Part shown: positions 1 to 7,136 of the stretch, in pieces
Layout of the letters: each line of letters starts with the position of its first letter
How positions within the stretch are numbered: the stretch's first letter is position 1
Program-made: the position numbers and the translations under genes
Notes under the pieces: model-generated
Database searches by the model: none
The model's input: only the letters and a program-made list of their open reading frames with translations
What the model was told of the DNA's origin: nothing
Origin: Crocosphaera subtropica ATCC 51142
Lineage (GTDB): Bacteria; Cyanobacteriota; Cyanobacteriia; Cyanobacteriales; Microcystaceae
Length of the DNA: 32,000 nucleotides
Reading direction: 5' to 3'
Assembly: GCF_000017845.1 (NCBI RefSeq)
Contig: NC_010546.1
Coordinates: 4,230,001-4,262,000, forward strand

Positions 1-979
1 AAAGTTCATAATTGGTTTCTAGTTTTTGCCAAACACAATAACTCCCAAAACTATAGGGATTTTGACTCAAAGGATCTTTAACCAGAACTAGGTTAAGACT
101 AGCTTGAGGATTCCACTGACTCACATCATTACTGTCTTTATACTGGTCATAATCGCATTTAAAAAATAGAGGTTGACTAATACCGTCAGCAAATCCAAAC
201 GGGCCGATAGGTGGCTTTTTTTTATCATTAGGTTGACACTCTTCTCTCACTACATATCCTGCTTCACAAGTAAGAATCTTACCTAACTGATTTTGTTTCC
301 ATTCATTAATAATCGTATTAGCCCGATCTTTCAGTTCTTCAACACAATCATGCGCTAGAAAAATTAAGGCATGAACGGGATTTTTGGCATTGCCGATTTC
401 CCATTTGTCGGGATGATTATACCAATAAGCATCTTTATACCAATCCTTTTCTTCATTAAAGGGATAGCTATCTTTCCAGACCTCGTTCATTGGCTGATCA
501 AAGTCTCGATCCGAAGGTATACCAACTTTGTCTTGTACAGACACATCATCCTGTTGTTGTTTGCGAGAGCTTGTAAATAAAGAAGAATTCTTAACTTCCT
601 TTTCTTCAAGAAGAACTTTATAACCTTGATAAGATAAGAAAAAATTTTGACAAAGTTCTCCATAAACAGTTGAAGAAGCATCAATATTATTTTGACGACA
701 GTTTTCTTTATAATCTTCCGTATCTTGTAATTGTTTTAAAGTAGAGGTAACATGAGGGGCAATTTCACTCCCAATCCATTGTTTTACCTCATTGATTTTC
801 TCGGCATCAAACTGAATGAAAATATAGAGTGAGTATTGTCGTCCATAATTTTTGAGCATTCCCCCTTGTAAATCTTGCAAGATTTGTTGATAGCCAGAAT
901 TCAGATTACACGTATCAATTAGCTTATTATTATTAATCAGGTCATCATAGTAGTTCTGGTCATTATTAGGATTGTTCAT
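1..979 (-). CDS. DyP-type (dye-decolorizing) heme peroxidase, N-terminal ~326 codons; the 3' end lies beyond the window edge
   Basis: Absent from the ORF track because it runs off the left edge. My manual minus-strand translation from ATG 979..977 is stop-free to nt 1: MNNPNNDQNYYDDLINNNKLIDTCNLNSGYQQILQDLQGGMLKNYGRQYSLYIFIQFDAEKINEVKQWIG...KKPPIGPFGFADGISQPLFFKCDY...NPYSFGSYCVWQKLETNYEL. It carries the GxxDG distal-Asp motif (GFADG, nt 196..182) in an FGFADGISQP context, typical of DyP peroxidases. Its ATG overlaps the stop of the upstream gene (ATGA, 979..976). Track ORFs 371..580(+) and 487..684(-) lie inside it and are spurious. Confidence 0.8.
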   Translation of the reverse strand, partial: MNNPNNDQNYYDDLINNNKLIDTCNLNSGYQQILQDLQGGMLKNYGRQYSLYIFIQFDAEKINEVKQWIGSEIAPHVTSTLKQLQDTEDYKENCRQNNIDASSTVYGELCQNFFLSYQGYKVLLEEKEVKNSSLFTSSRKQQQDDVSVQDKVGIPSDRDFDQPMNEVWKDSYPFNEEKDWYKDAYWYNHPDKWEIGNAKNPVHALIFLAHDCVEELKDRANTIINEWKQNQLGKILTCEAGYVVREECQPNDKKKPPIGPFGFADGISQPLFFKCDYDQYKDSNDVSQWNPQASLNLVLVKDPLSQNPYSFGSYCVWQKLETNYEL

Positions 980-2325
980 TTCTTCTCCTTAATTAAATTT
1001 TCAAAATAACACCGATATAACTCACAACTCACTTTTACTTTATCTTCTACATATTCAATCAATCCTAAACTGCTCAACTTGTAAGCTAAGATGGAATCTA
1101 TTTTAACAGGAATTTCAGAACGAATAAGCGAACCATAGGCGATCATTAAATCAGGCTGTTCTTGCAGTGTTATCCAATGACGTTGCAAATGATAATAATA
1201 AATTCCGTTGGGTTGAGTGGCATTTTTCAGTAGTTCCGTGACGGTAATATTCTCACGACTCAGATGATAGATGGCTAGATGAACCAGTGCCGGGTGTCCT
1301 CCTACCAGATTCATTAATTGTTTGACTTCCTTATCTGGCTTCCAATTGAGTCCGTAACACTGAGCTAACTGTTCGACTTCTTGTTGATAAAAAGGAATTA
1401 AATTAATGGGCAAACCGACATTAAAAGGAGACTGATTCAGTTGCAGAGGAACGTAAATTTCTGTGGAGTGAATCACGATCAAGCGAAGTTTTTGCCAAAC
1501 GGGGAGGGTTTTAGCTTCTTCGTACCAAGACCGTAATAGTAATAAAAAATCTTTGGCTACAGAAGAATACTCAAAAATACAACTGAGTTCATCGATCGCC
1601 AAAACTAAAGGCTGATCAAGTAATTCTAGTACATAGTCCTGAAAATAGGCAGTGCAACTAATTTTACTTCCCAAATCTTGATCCCAATACTCGTTTAGTT
1701 TAGGCTTGATCTCAAGCTGACGGGCAAGGTTAGCGCATAACCATCGGAGAAGTTTATTCAAGTCTTTCAAAATAGCTGCTTCAGCTTGCTCCAAACTAAG
1801 ATTAACGCTGTAATAACCTTGCTGTCTGGCATAGTCTAGATTTCTGAGGAGTAAGCTGGTTTTGCCCATCTCTCTGGGACCTTTGATTCGCACTAAAGCC
1901 CCTGCTTTGATGATTTCTTGATTAATCTGATCTTCAAGATCAGCACGTTTTAGGTAACAAGGAGAGTCTAGGGGGATTGAACCGCTAGGATAGAGTCTAG
2001 CTTGATGACGATGAAAAACAAGGGTGAGTGGATTTTGTTTTTGGGGTTTTAGTTCTACTTGGTCTACAACAAAAGACTCTAATCGCTGTTTACAATTTTT
2101 CTTGGTCAGACGCTCACCAGTGAGTTTAGCAAGTTTCTGATACATTTCTGGGGCAACGACGTTGGTAAGATAACCAGGACTATAACCTTTTTCTAGGGCA
2201 ATTTTGCTATAGGTTTTCTCTTCCCAAATTCCCTGCAAAATTAATATTTCAACGGGATTGAGAGTCTGATTAAATTTTTCAGTTAATCGACTATCAATAA
2301 TTTGAAGAATATAATCTAGATTCAT
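976..2325 (-). CDS. AAA-like (AAA_35 / ORC-Cdc6-like P-loop) ATPase with an N-terminal ~85-aa HTH-like helical domain
   Basis: 449-aa ORF with an ATG start. Walker A is GPREMGKTSLL and Walker B-like is LVLAIDELSCIF. The N-terminus (LNPVEILILQGIWEEKTYSKIALEKGYSPGYLTNVVAPEMYQKLAKLTGERLTKKNCKQRLE) resembles the sigma-r4/LuxR-like HTH module that heads many cyanobacterial STAND/AAA proteins. Family names are from memory, not from a search. Confidence 0.7.
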   Translation of the reverse strand: MNLDYILQIIDSRLTEKFNQTLNPVEILILQGIWEEKTYSKIALEKGYSPGYLTNVVAPEMYQKLAKLTGERLTKKNCKQRLESFVVDQVELKPQKQNPLTLVFHRHQARLYPSGSIPLDSPCYLKRADLEDQINQEIIKAGALVRIKGPREMGKTSLLLRNLDYARQQGYYSVNLSLEQAEAAILKDLNKLLRWLCANLARQLEIKPKLNEYWDQDLGSKISCTAYFQDYVLELLDQPLVLAIDELSCIFEYSSVAKDFLLLLRSWYEEAKTLPVWQKLRLIVIHSTEIYVPLQLNQSPFNVGLPINLIPFYQQEVEQLAQCYGLNWKPDKEVKQLMNLVGGHPALVHLAIYHLSRENITVTELLKNATQPNGIYYYHLQRHWITLQEQPDLMIAYGSLIRSEIPVKIDSILAYKLSSLGLIEYVEDKVKVSCELYRCYFENLIKEKK

Positions 2326-2829
2326 CAGATTTTCTTGATCATATATTTTTTATTGACTCTTCTGTTCAATTAAACGATAAGAGCTTATATCCTGCTAAAG
2401 AATGGAATTCTCTTGTTCGAGAGAATGACGATTTATGCTTATTATATTTTGAGAAAATCTGGCAATTACACCTTACACTGAAATTTTGCTTTTTAGATAG
2501 AACTGGCTATATGAACTAAGTAGCAGGGAACAGAGAACAGGCAAAAGAATTTTCTCTTAATAGCAACAGGTTAGAGTTTGATAGTTTCCATTGTTACTGT
2601 TAAGTTGATGTGTACTGGAGTAAGATATGGGTCAAAAATAGAGAAGAACCAATGAAGACAAACAAAAGTAATCAATTCAGAATCTTGAAAGCAATAATAT
2701 TATAATAACAGGTTATGTCCTCAAAATTTCTTAAAAATTATCAAATATTAGACTTAGTAAAAAAAGTTTATTCCATCTTTCCAAAACTATTAGAAAAGCA
2801 AATTTTAAATAGGTCAATAATGGAGATAC

Positions 2830-2862
2830 AAAAAATATAGCACCACCCATGTAGTGCTATAT
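2830..2862 (-). terminator. Rho-independent terminator downstream of the NDH-2 gene
   Basis: On the minus strand there is a perfect 9-bp stem (ATATAGCAC 2835..2843 pairs with GTGCTATAT 2854..2862), a 10-nt loop, then a run of five T (plus-strand A 2830..2834). It sits ~75 nt after the stop at 2937. Confidence 0.55.
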
Positions 2863-2936
2863 GACTAACTCAACCGTAATCTTGATATACCCAATGGAAA
2901 ACAACGATGAAAGTTGCTATCAGTTAACTCATAACT

Positions 2937-4307
2937 TTATCTCCTACTAGCCACTTCTTCGATAGATAATAACCCTTCATAAACAACTGTTTCGTGATCA
3001 TCTTCGAGTTGGATGGTAGGGTCTTGTCCTGGGGTGGTAATTAAACGCGCGCCTTTACTCTTGGTGAAATAACTCCAGGCCCACTGAATCATGACAATTA
3101 GCTTATTATCAAATTCGAGTAAGTAGAAGACATGAATAAATAACCAGACAAACCAAGCAAAGAAACCGGATAATTGTAACCATCCCATATCTACAACCGC
3201 CTTGTGTTTACCGATAACGGCTAAGTTACCCCAGTCTGTATATTGAAAAGGTTTTAGGGGACGGTTTTGTAGACCATTGCGGATAAAACGAGCGACATAT
3301 TCCCCTTCTTGCATAGCAACTGGAGCAATACCGGGTAAAATCCCCCCTTCTCCATCAGGATAATGGGCTAAGTCACCAATGACAAAAATATTGGGATATT
3401 TGGAGAGATTAAAATCAGGTTCAACCATCACTTTTCCTGATTTATCCAGTTTCGCTTCAGCACGCTCGGCTAAAATATTCGCCAGAGGAGAAGCTTTCAT
3501 GCCGGCTGTCCAGAGAATGGTACGAGCGCGAATTTGTTCGATGGTTTCACCCTGACGGTAAGTCACCAACTGGCCACGAATATCGGTCACTCTCACCCCT
3601 GTTTTAACCGTTACTCCTAGCTTTTCTAAGGAAGCCTGAGCTTCTAGGGAAAGATGGCTAGAATAAGCCGGTAAGATGTGTTTGGGGCTTTGTAAGAGGA
3701 TAATTTTGGCTTCAGAGGTATCGATATTACGGAAATCCTCTTTTAAGGTTCCGTGTGCCAATTCAGCTAAGGCCCCTGCTAATTCAACTCCAGCAGGACC
3801 CCCTCCGACCAACACAAAGGTTAACCAATCTTTGCGTCTTTCAGGATTGGGTTCTTTTTCAGCCGATTCAAAAGCAATGAAGACTCTTCGGCGAATTTCT
3901 AGGGCATTTTCGATGGTTTTTAAGCCAGGGGCTTTTTCTTCCCAGTCATTGCCAAAATATTGATGGGTGACACCTGTGGCAACAATGAGGGAGTCATATT
4001 CAATTTCTCGGTAACGAAGTTTAACCGTTTGTCTTTCAGGATCGATCGCAGTTACTTCTCCCATTAAGACTTCGGTATTCTTATTTTTACTCAATAAAGC
4101 CCGCAAAGGGGAGGAAATATCCGCAGGAGAGAGGCCACCTGTGGCAACTTGATAGAGTAAGGGTTGAAAAACATGGAAGTTGCGTTTATCAATGAGGGTG
4201 ACTTTAACGGGGGCTTTTCCTAGTTTTTGTGCTGCATAAAGTCCTCCAAACCCACCGCCAATAATAACAACATGATGAGGAGTTGAGTGATTAAGTTGAT
4301 GAGACAT
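2937..4307 (-). CDS. Type II NADH dehydrogenase (NDH-2; NAD(P)/FAD-dependent quinone oxidoreductase, Ndb family)
   Basis: 456-aa ORF with two dinucleotide-binding motifs (VVIIGGGFGGLYAA and VLVGGGPAGVELAG) and a hydrophobic C-terminal membrane-association segment (FFAWFVWLFIHVFYLL). This is the typical NDH-2 architecture. Confidence 0.9.
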   Translation of the reverse strand: MSHQLNHSTPHHVVIIGGGFGGLYAAQKLGKAPVKVTLIDKRNFHVFQPLLYQVATGGLSPADISSPLRALLSKNKNTEVLMGEVTAIDPERQTVKLRYREIEYDSLIVATGVTHQYFGNDWEEKAPGLKTIENALEIRRRVFIAFESAEKEPNPERRKDWLTFVLVGGGPAGVELAGALAELAHGTLKEDFRNIDTSEAKIILLQSPKHILPAYSSHLSLEAQASLEKLGVTVKTGVRVTDIRGQLVTYRQGETIEQIRARTILWTAGMKASPLANILAERAEAKLDKSGKVMVEPDFNLSKYPNIFVIGDLAHYPDGEGGILPGIAPVAMQEGEYVARFIRNGLQNRPLKPFQYTDWGNLAVIGKHKAVVDMGWLQLSGFFAWFVWLFIHVFYLLEFDNKLIVMIQWAWSYFTKSKGARLITTPGQDPTIQLEDDHETVVYEGLLSIEEVASRR

Positions 4308-4444
4308 CTATTCTATTTGTCCTTTTTGCACTGTTAAAAATTTTGATATCTTAATAGCCAAAAAGATACGATTCTCCGACTAAATGTACAAGTAAAAGTG
4401 CTGATAAATTACACGGATTATCACTGTATTTTACGAGAGAGTAA

Positions 4445-4762
4445 TTAGCTGATTAGGTTCGATAGTAAGTTACTCATTTTAGCTTTCAGATGTTGATTTA
4501 AGAAGCCTCGATCAATTTTAATCTTTCCATTTTCTTTGTTTACGATAAACTCAAGATTAGCGTTAGACGGAAATTTAATAAGAACTTTCTCTTGATTCTC
4601 AAGACTTCTAGCAGCGATGGCAATGGAATAAGTCACAACATAGGAAGAAACTAATTGATTATTTTTCCATAGGTCTGAAGCTATAATCCCTTCCGCTTCA
4701 GCCATAAGCTCTATTTCCTTGCGAGTCGGATAATGTTCTGCACCGATTTCGATAGTTTTCAT
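4445..4762 (-). CDS. Hypothetical soluble protein (105 aa)
   Basis: ATG-started ORF on the same strand as NDH-2, 137 nt upstream of it. I recognise no motif. Confidence 0.4.
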   Translation of the reverse strand: MKTIEIGAEHYPTRKEIELMAEAEGIIASDLWKNNQLVSSYVVTYSIAIAARSLENQEKVLIKFPSNANLEFIVNKENGKIKIDRGFLNQHLKAKMSNLLSNLIS

Positions 4763-4837
4763 AGCTTTTTCTAGATTTAGGCTATGACTTATTTTTACAG
4801 TAGATTGAAGATATTAATCAAGCTCTAAAGCCTATAT

Positions 4838-4868
4838 AAATCTCATATGAGCCTCATATATGAGATTT
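4838..4868. promoter_or_regulatory. Tandem palindromes / 11-bp inverted repeat in the divergent promoter region
   Basis: AAATCTCATAT (4838..4848) and ATATGAGATTT (4858..4868) are perfect reverse complements. The segment also reads as two adjacent palindromes, CTCATATGAG (4842..4851) and CTCATATATGAG (4853..4864). It lies between divergent genes 4762(-) and 5163(+). Confidence 0.25.
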
Positions 4869-5162
4869 TAATATCCTACAAATATAGATTAAAAAGTAAC
4901 AAGATATACAGCTAACGATAAGCAACTAAGCTAGTAATAAGATAAGTCTAAAATGTAATAGTAAATATGTGTAAACAAGACGAATTTGAGAGGTTAATTC
5001 TATTAGAGTACAGCTATTAATTAATATTGATAATGCTGATAAATTACTCTAGTCATAAATGTCTAATTTTGAGGTTAAAATATCTAGTTTTCTCCATTAA
5101 GAAGCCCCAACCCAAACTATTAATGGGAACCCAATACAACAAATCAGCTAAACACAAGTATT

Positions 5163-5663
5163 ATGTTTAACTATCTTCCTCCACTCAACGATCATAATTT
5201 ACCCTATCCCGATACCCTACATCCCATTGTGGTGCATTTTGTCATTGCAATGGTGTTATTTGCCTTTTTATGCGATGTTATCGGTTATTTCACCCGTAAC
5301 CCCCGTTTATACGAAGTGAGTTGGTGGAATATGTTGATTGCAACGGCTTCTATTTTCGTGGCCATTATTTTTGGACAATATGAGGCCGGTTTAGCCCAAC
5401 CCTATGAAGCAGTGGAACCCGTCTTACATCTACATACGTTAATTGGTTGGTCATTGTCTGGCATCATTGCAGGGATCACAGGATGGCGTTATGTTATTCG
5501 TTCTCGAAACCCTGAACAGCTACCTATTCCCTACCTAGGGTTAGGTTTAGTCTTGGTGGCTATTGTTGGAGTGCAAGTGTATCTGGGAGACGAGTTGGTA
5601 TGGGTGTATGGACTGCATACCGTTCCTGTTGTCGAAGCCGTTAAGGAGGGAATCTTACAATAA
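5163..5663 (+). CDS. DUF2231-like integral membrane protein, tandem copy A
   Basis: 166 aa with about 4 predicted TM helices and an N-terminal HPIVVHFVIA motif typical of DUF2231. It is a paralogue of the 5983..6483 gene, offset by exactly 820 nt with no indels. Confidence 0.75.
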   Translation: MFNYLPPLNDHNLPYPDTLHPIVVHFVIAMVLFAFLCDVIGYFTRNPRLYEVSWWNMLIATASIFVAIIFGQYEAGLAQPYEAVEPVLHLHTLIGWSLSGIIAGITGWRYVIRSRNPEQLPIPYLGLGLVLVAIVGVQVYLGDELVWVYGLHTVPVVEAVKEGILQ

Positions 5664-5982
5664 TGAATCTTGATAAAATTAACCCATTATTCTCTTTTTC
5701 GTTGGAATTTTATGAGATAGGAAAACTATGACGAACTGTCTTTCAAAACTACGACAATGTGTCTTTCTTGATGACAAACTTTATGATAGGAAGCCTCTTG
5801 ATTTGTTTTCTTAAATAAATGTAATAAATCCCTTAAACTTTGACACATTGTCTTTCTTTTTTTGAGGATATTTTGGGGTAATTAAAGTTATTTAATATAC
5901 ATTTTTATCTTTGCTTATCACATATTCTGAAAGGAGAGTTGGCAAGCATAGCAACAGGTAAAAAGTCACTGAGAGTTTATTT

Positions 5983-6483
5983 ATGTTTACTTATCTTCCT
6001 CTATTAAATGACCATAACTTACCCTATCCCGACACCATTCATCCTATTGTTGTTCATTTCGTGATTGCCATGATCTTATTTGCATTTTTATGTGATGTTA
6101 TTGGTTATTTTACTTGCAATTCTCGTTTATATGAAGTGAGTTGGTGGAATATGTTAATTGCCACGGTTTCTATTTTTGTCGCTATTATTTTTGGACAATA
6201 TGAAGCAGGTTTAGCCCAACCTTATGAAGTAGTTGAACCTGTCTTAAATCTTCATACTCTGATTGGTTGGTCATTGTCTGGCATCATTGCAGGGATCACG
6301 GGATGGCGTTATGTTATTCGTTCTCGGAACCCTGAACAGCTACCTATTCCCTACCTAGGGTTAGGTTTAGTCTTGGTGGCTATTGTTGGAGTGCAAGTCT
6401 ATCTGGGAGACGAGTTGGTATGGGTGTATGGACTGCATACCGTTCCTGTTGTCGAAGCCGTTAAGGAGGGAATCTTACAATGA
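5983..6483 (+). CDS. DUF2231-like integral membrane protein, tandem copy B (first gene of the oxidase operon)
   Basis: 166 aa, differing from copy A at 9 residues, all within the first 93. Its stop overlaps the next start (ATGA at 6480..6483). Confidence 0.8.
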   Translation: MFTYLPLLNDHNLPYPDTIHPIVVHFVIAMILFAFLCDVIGYFTCNSRLYEVSWWNMLIATVSIFVAIIFGQYEAGLAQPYEVVEPVLNLHTLIGWSLSGIIAGITGWRYVIRSRNPEQLPIPYLGLGLVLVAIVGVQVYLGDELVWVYGLHTVPVVEAVKEGILQ

Positions 6484-7118
6484 ATCCTAATATAATTGAT
6501 ACCTTAAGTGCCGAACTGGGTGCCAATGGACTTCCCTATGCCATTCCCATTCATCCTAATTTAGTTCATTTAACCTTGGGTTTGTTCATCATTGCCATTG
6601 TTTTTGATATGTTAGGGGCAATGTTTGGCTTCCAAAAACCTGTCTTCAAAATTTTGGCTATTCCTGCCATTCGCAGCAACTTTTTTGATGTGGGTTGGTA
6701 TAACCTATTAGCTGCTTCTATTATCACCGTTTTTACCGTTGCTGCGGGGTTTTATGAGATGATGCTGGCTAACCCTATCACTGATGTCAAAAGTGCTTGG
6801 GGAATGGATGCAATGTCCACTATGTTGTGGCATGGTGTGGGTGGTGTATTCCTCTTAGCTTTCATGGTAGGAATGACCATCTGGCGAGGGTTTCAACGGT
6901 TTGTCTGGCGCAAAGAAAGAACCCTACAAGTGCAATGGAGTTACTTATGGGTGGGAATGTTTATGTTATTTCTGCTGTTTATTCACGGGACTTTAGGGGC
7001 CCAAATAGCGGCGGAGTTTGGAGTCCATAATACGGCAGATCAACTGTTACACGCTGGTAAAGAAACTCAGTTATTACAGTCCGAAGGGTTAACAGCCGTT
7101 AACTCCTACAAACCGTAA
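6480..7118 (+). CDS. DUF2231-like integral membrane protein, larger paralogue (212 aa)
   Basis: Contains IPIHPNLVHLTLGLF, the same H-P-x-x-V-H signature as the two upstream genes, plus multiple TM helices. It is translationally coupled to the upstream gene and ends 18 nt before ctaCII. Internal track ORF 6797..7030 is spurious. Confidence 0.7.
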   Translation: MNPNIIDTLSAELGANGLPYAIPIHPNLVHLTLGLFIIAIVFDMLGAMFGFQKPVFKILAIPAIRSNFFDVGWYNLLAASIITVFTVAAGFYEMMLANPITDVKSAWGMDAMSTMLWHGVGGVFLLAFMVGMTIWRGFQRFVWRKERTLQVQWSYLWVGMFMLFLLFIHGTLGAQIAAEFGVHNTADQLLHAGKETQLLQSEGLTAVNSYKP

Positions 7119-7136
7119 TCTCTATATATATTAATC

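Noticed and set aside
371-684. Track ORFs 371..580(+) and 487..684(-)
   Set aside because: Both lie inside the long stop-free minus-strand DyP reading frame (1..979). They have low-complexity, hydrophobic-looking translations and no motifs, so they are frame-shadow artefacts.
2715-2840. 41-codon ORF (MSSKFLKNYQILDLVKKVYSIFPKLLEKQILNRSIMEIQKI) in the long spacer
   Set aside because: It has no SD, AT-rich Lys/Ile/Leu composition of the kind expected by chance in such DNA, and it runs into the NDH-2 terminator hairpin.
3676-3963. 95-aa ORF antisense to the NDH-2 gene
   Set aside because: It is fully embedded antisense in a well-supported CDS, with Ser/Pro/Ala-rich shadow-frame composition. The same reasoning applies to 8580..8783, 9066..9269, 9525..9731, 10756..10947, 11028..11246, 15078..15311, 16589..16795, 19819..20151, 20499..20726, 24035..24271, 24299..24520, 25570..25752 and 29027..29224.
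4399-5046. Exact 14-mer TGCTGATAAATTAC present upstream of both NDH-2 (4399..4412) and DUF2231 copy A (5033..5046), as a possible shared operator
   Set aside because: Roughly n^2/2/4^14, about 1-2, exact 14-mer coincidences are expected in 32 kb under uniform composition, and more in AT-rich spacers. It has no dyad symmetry. It is not significant without conservation data.
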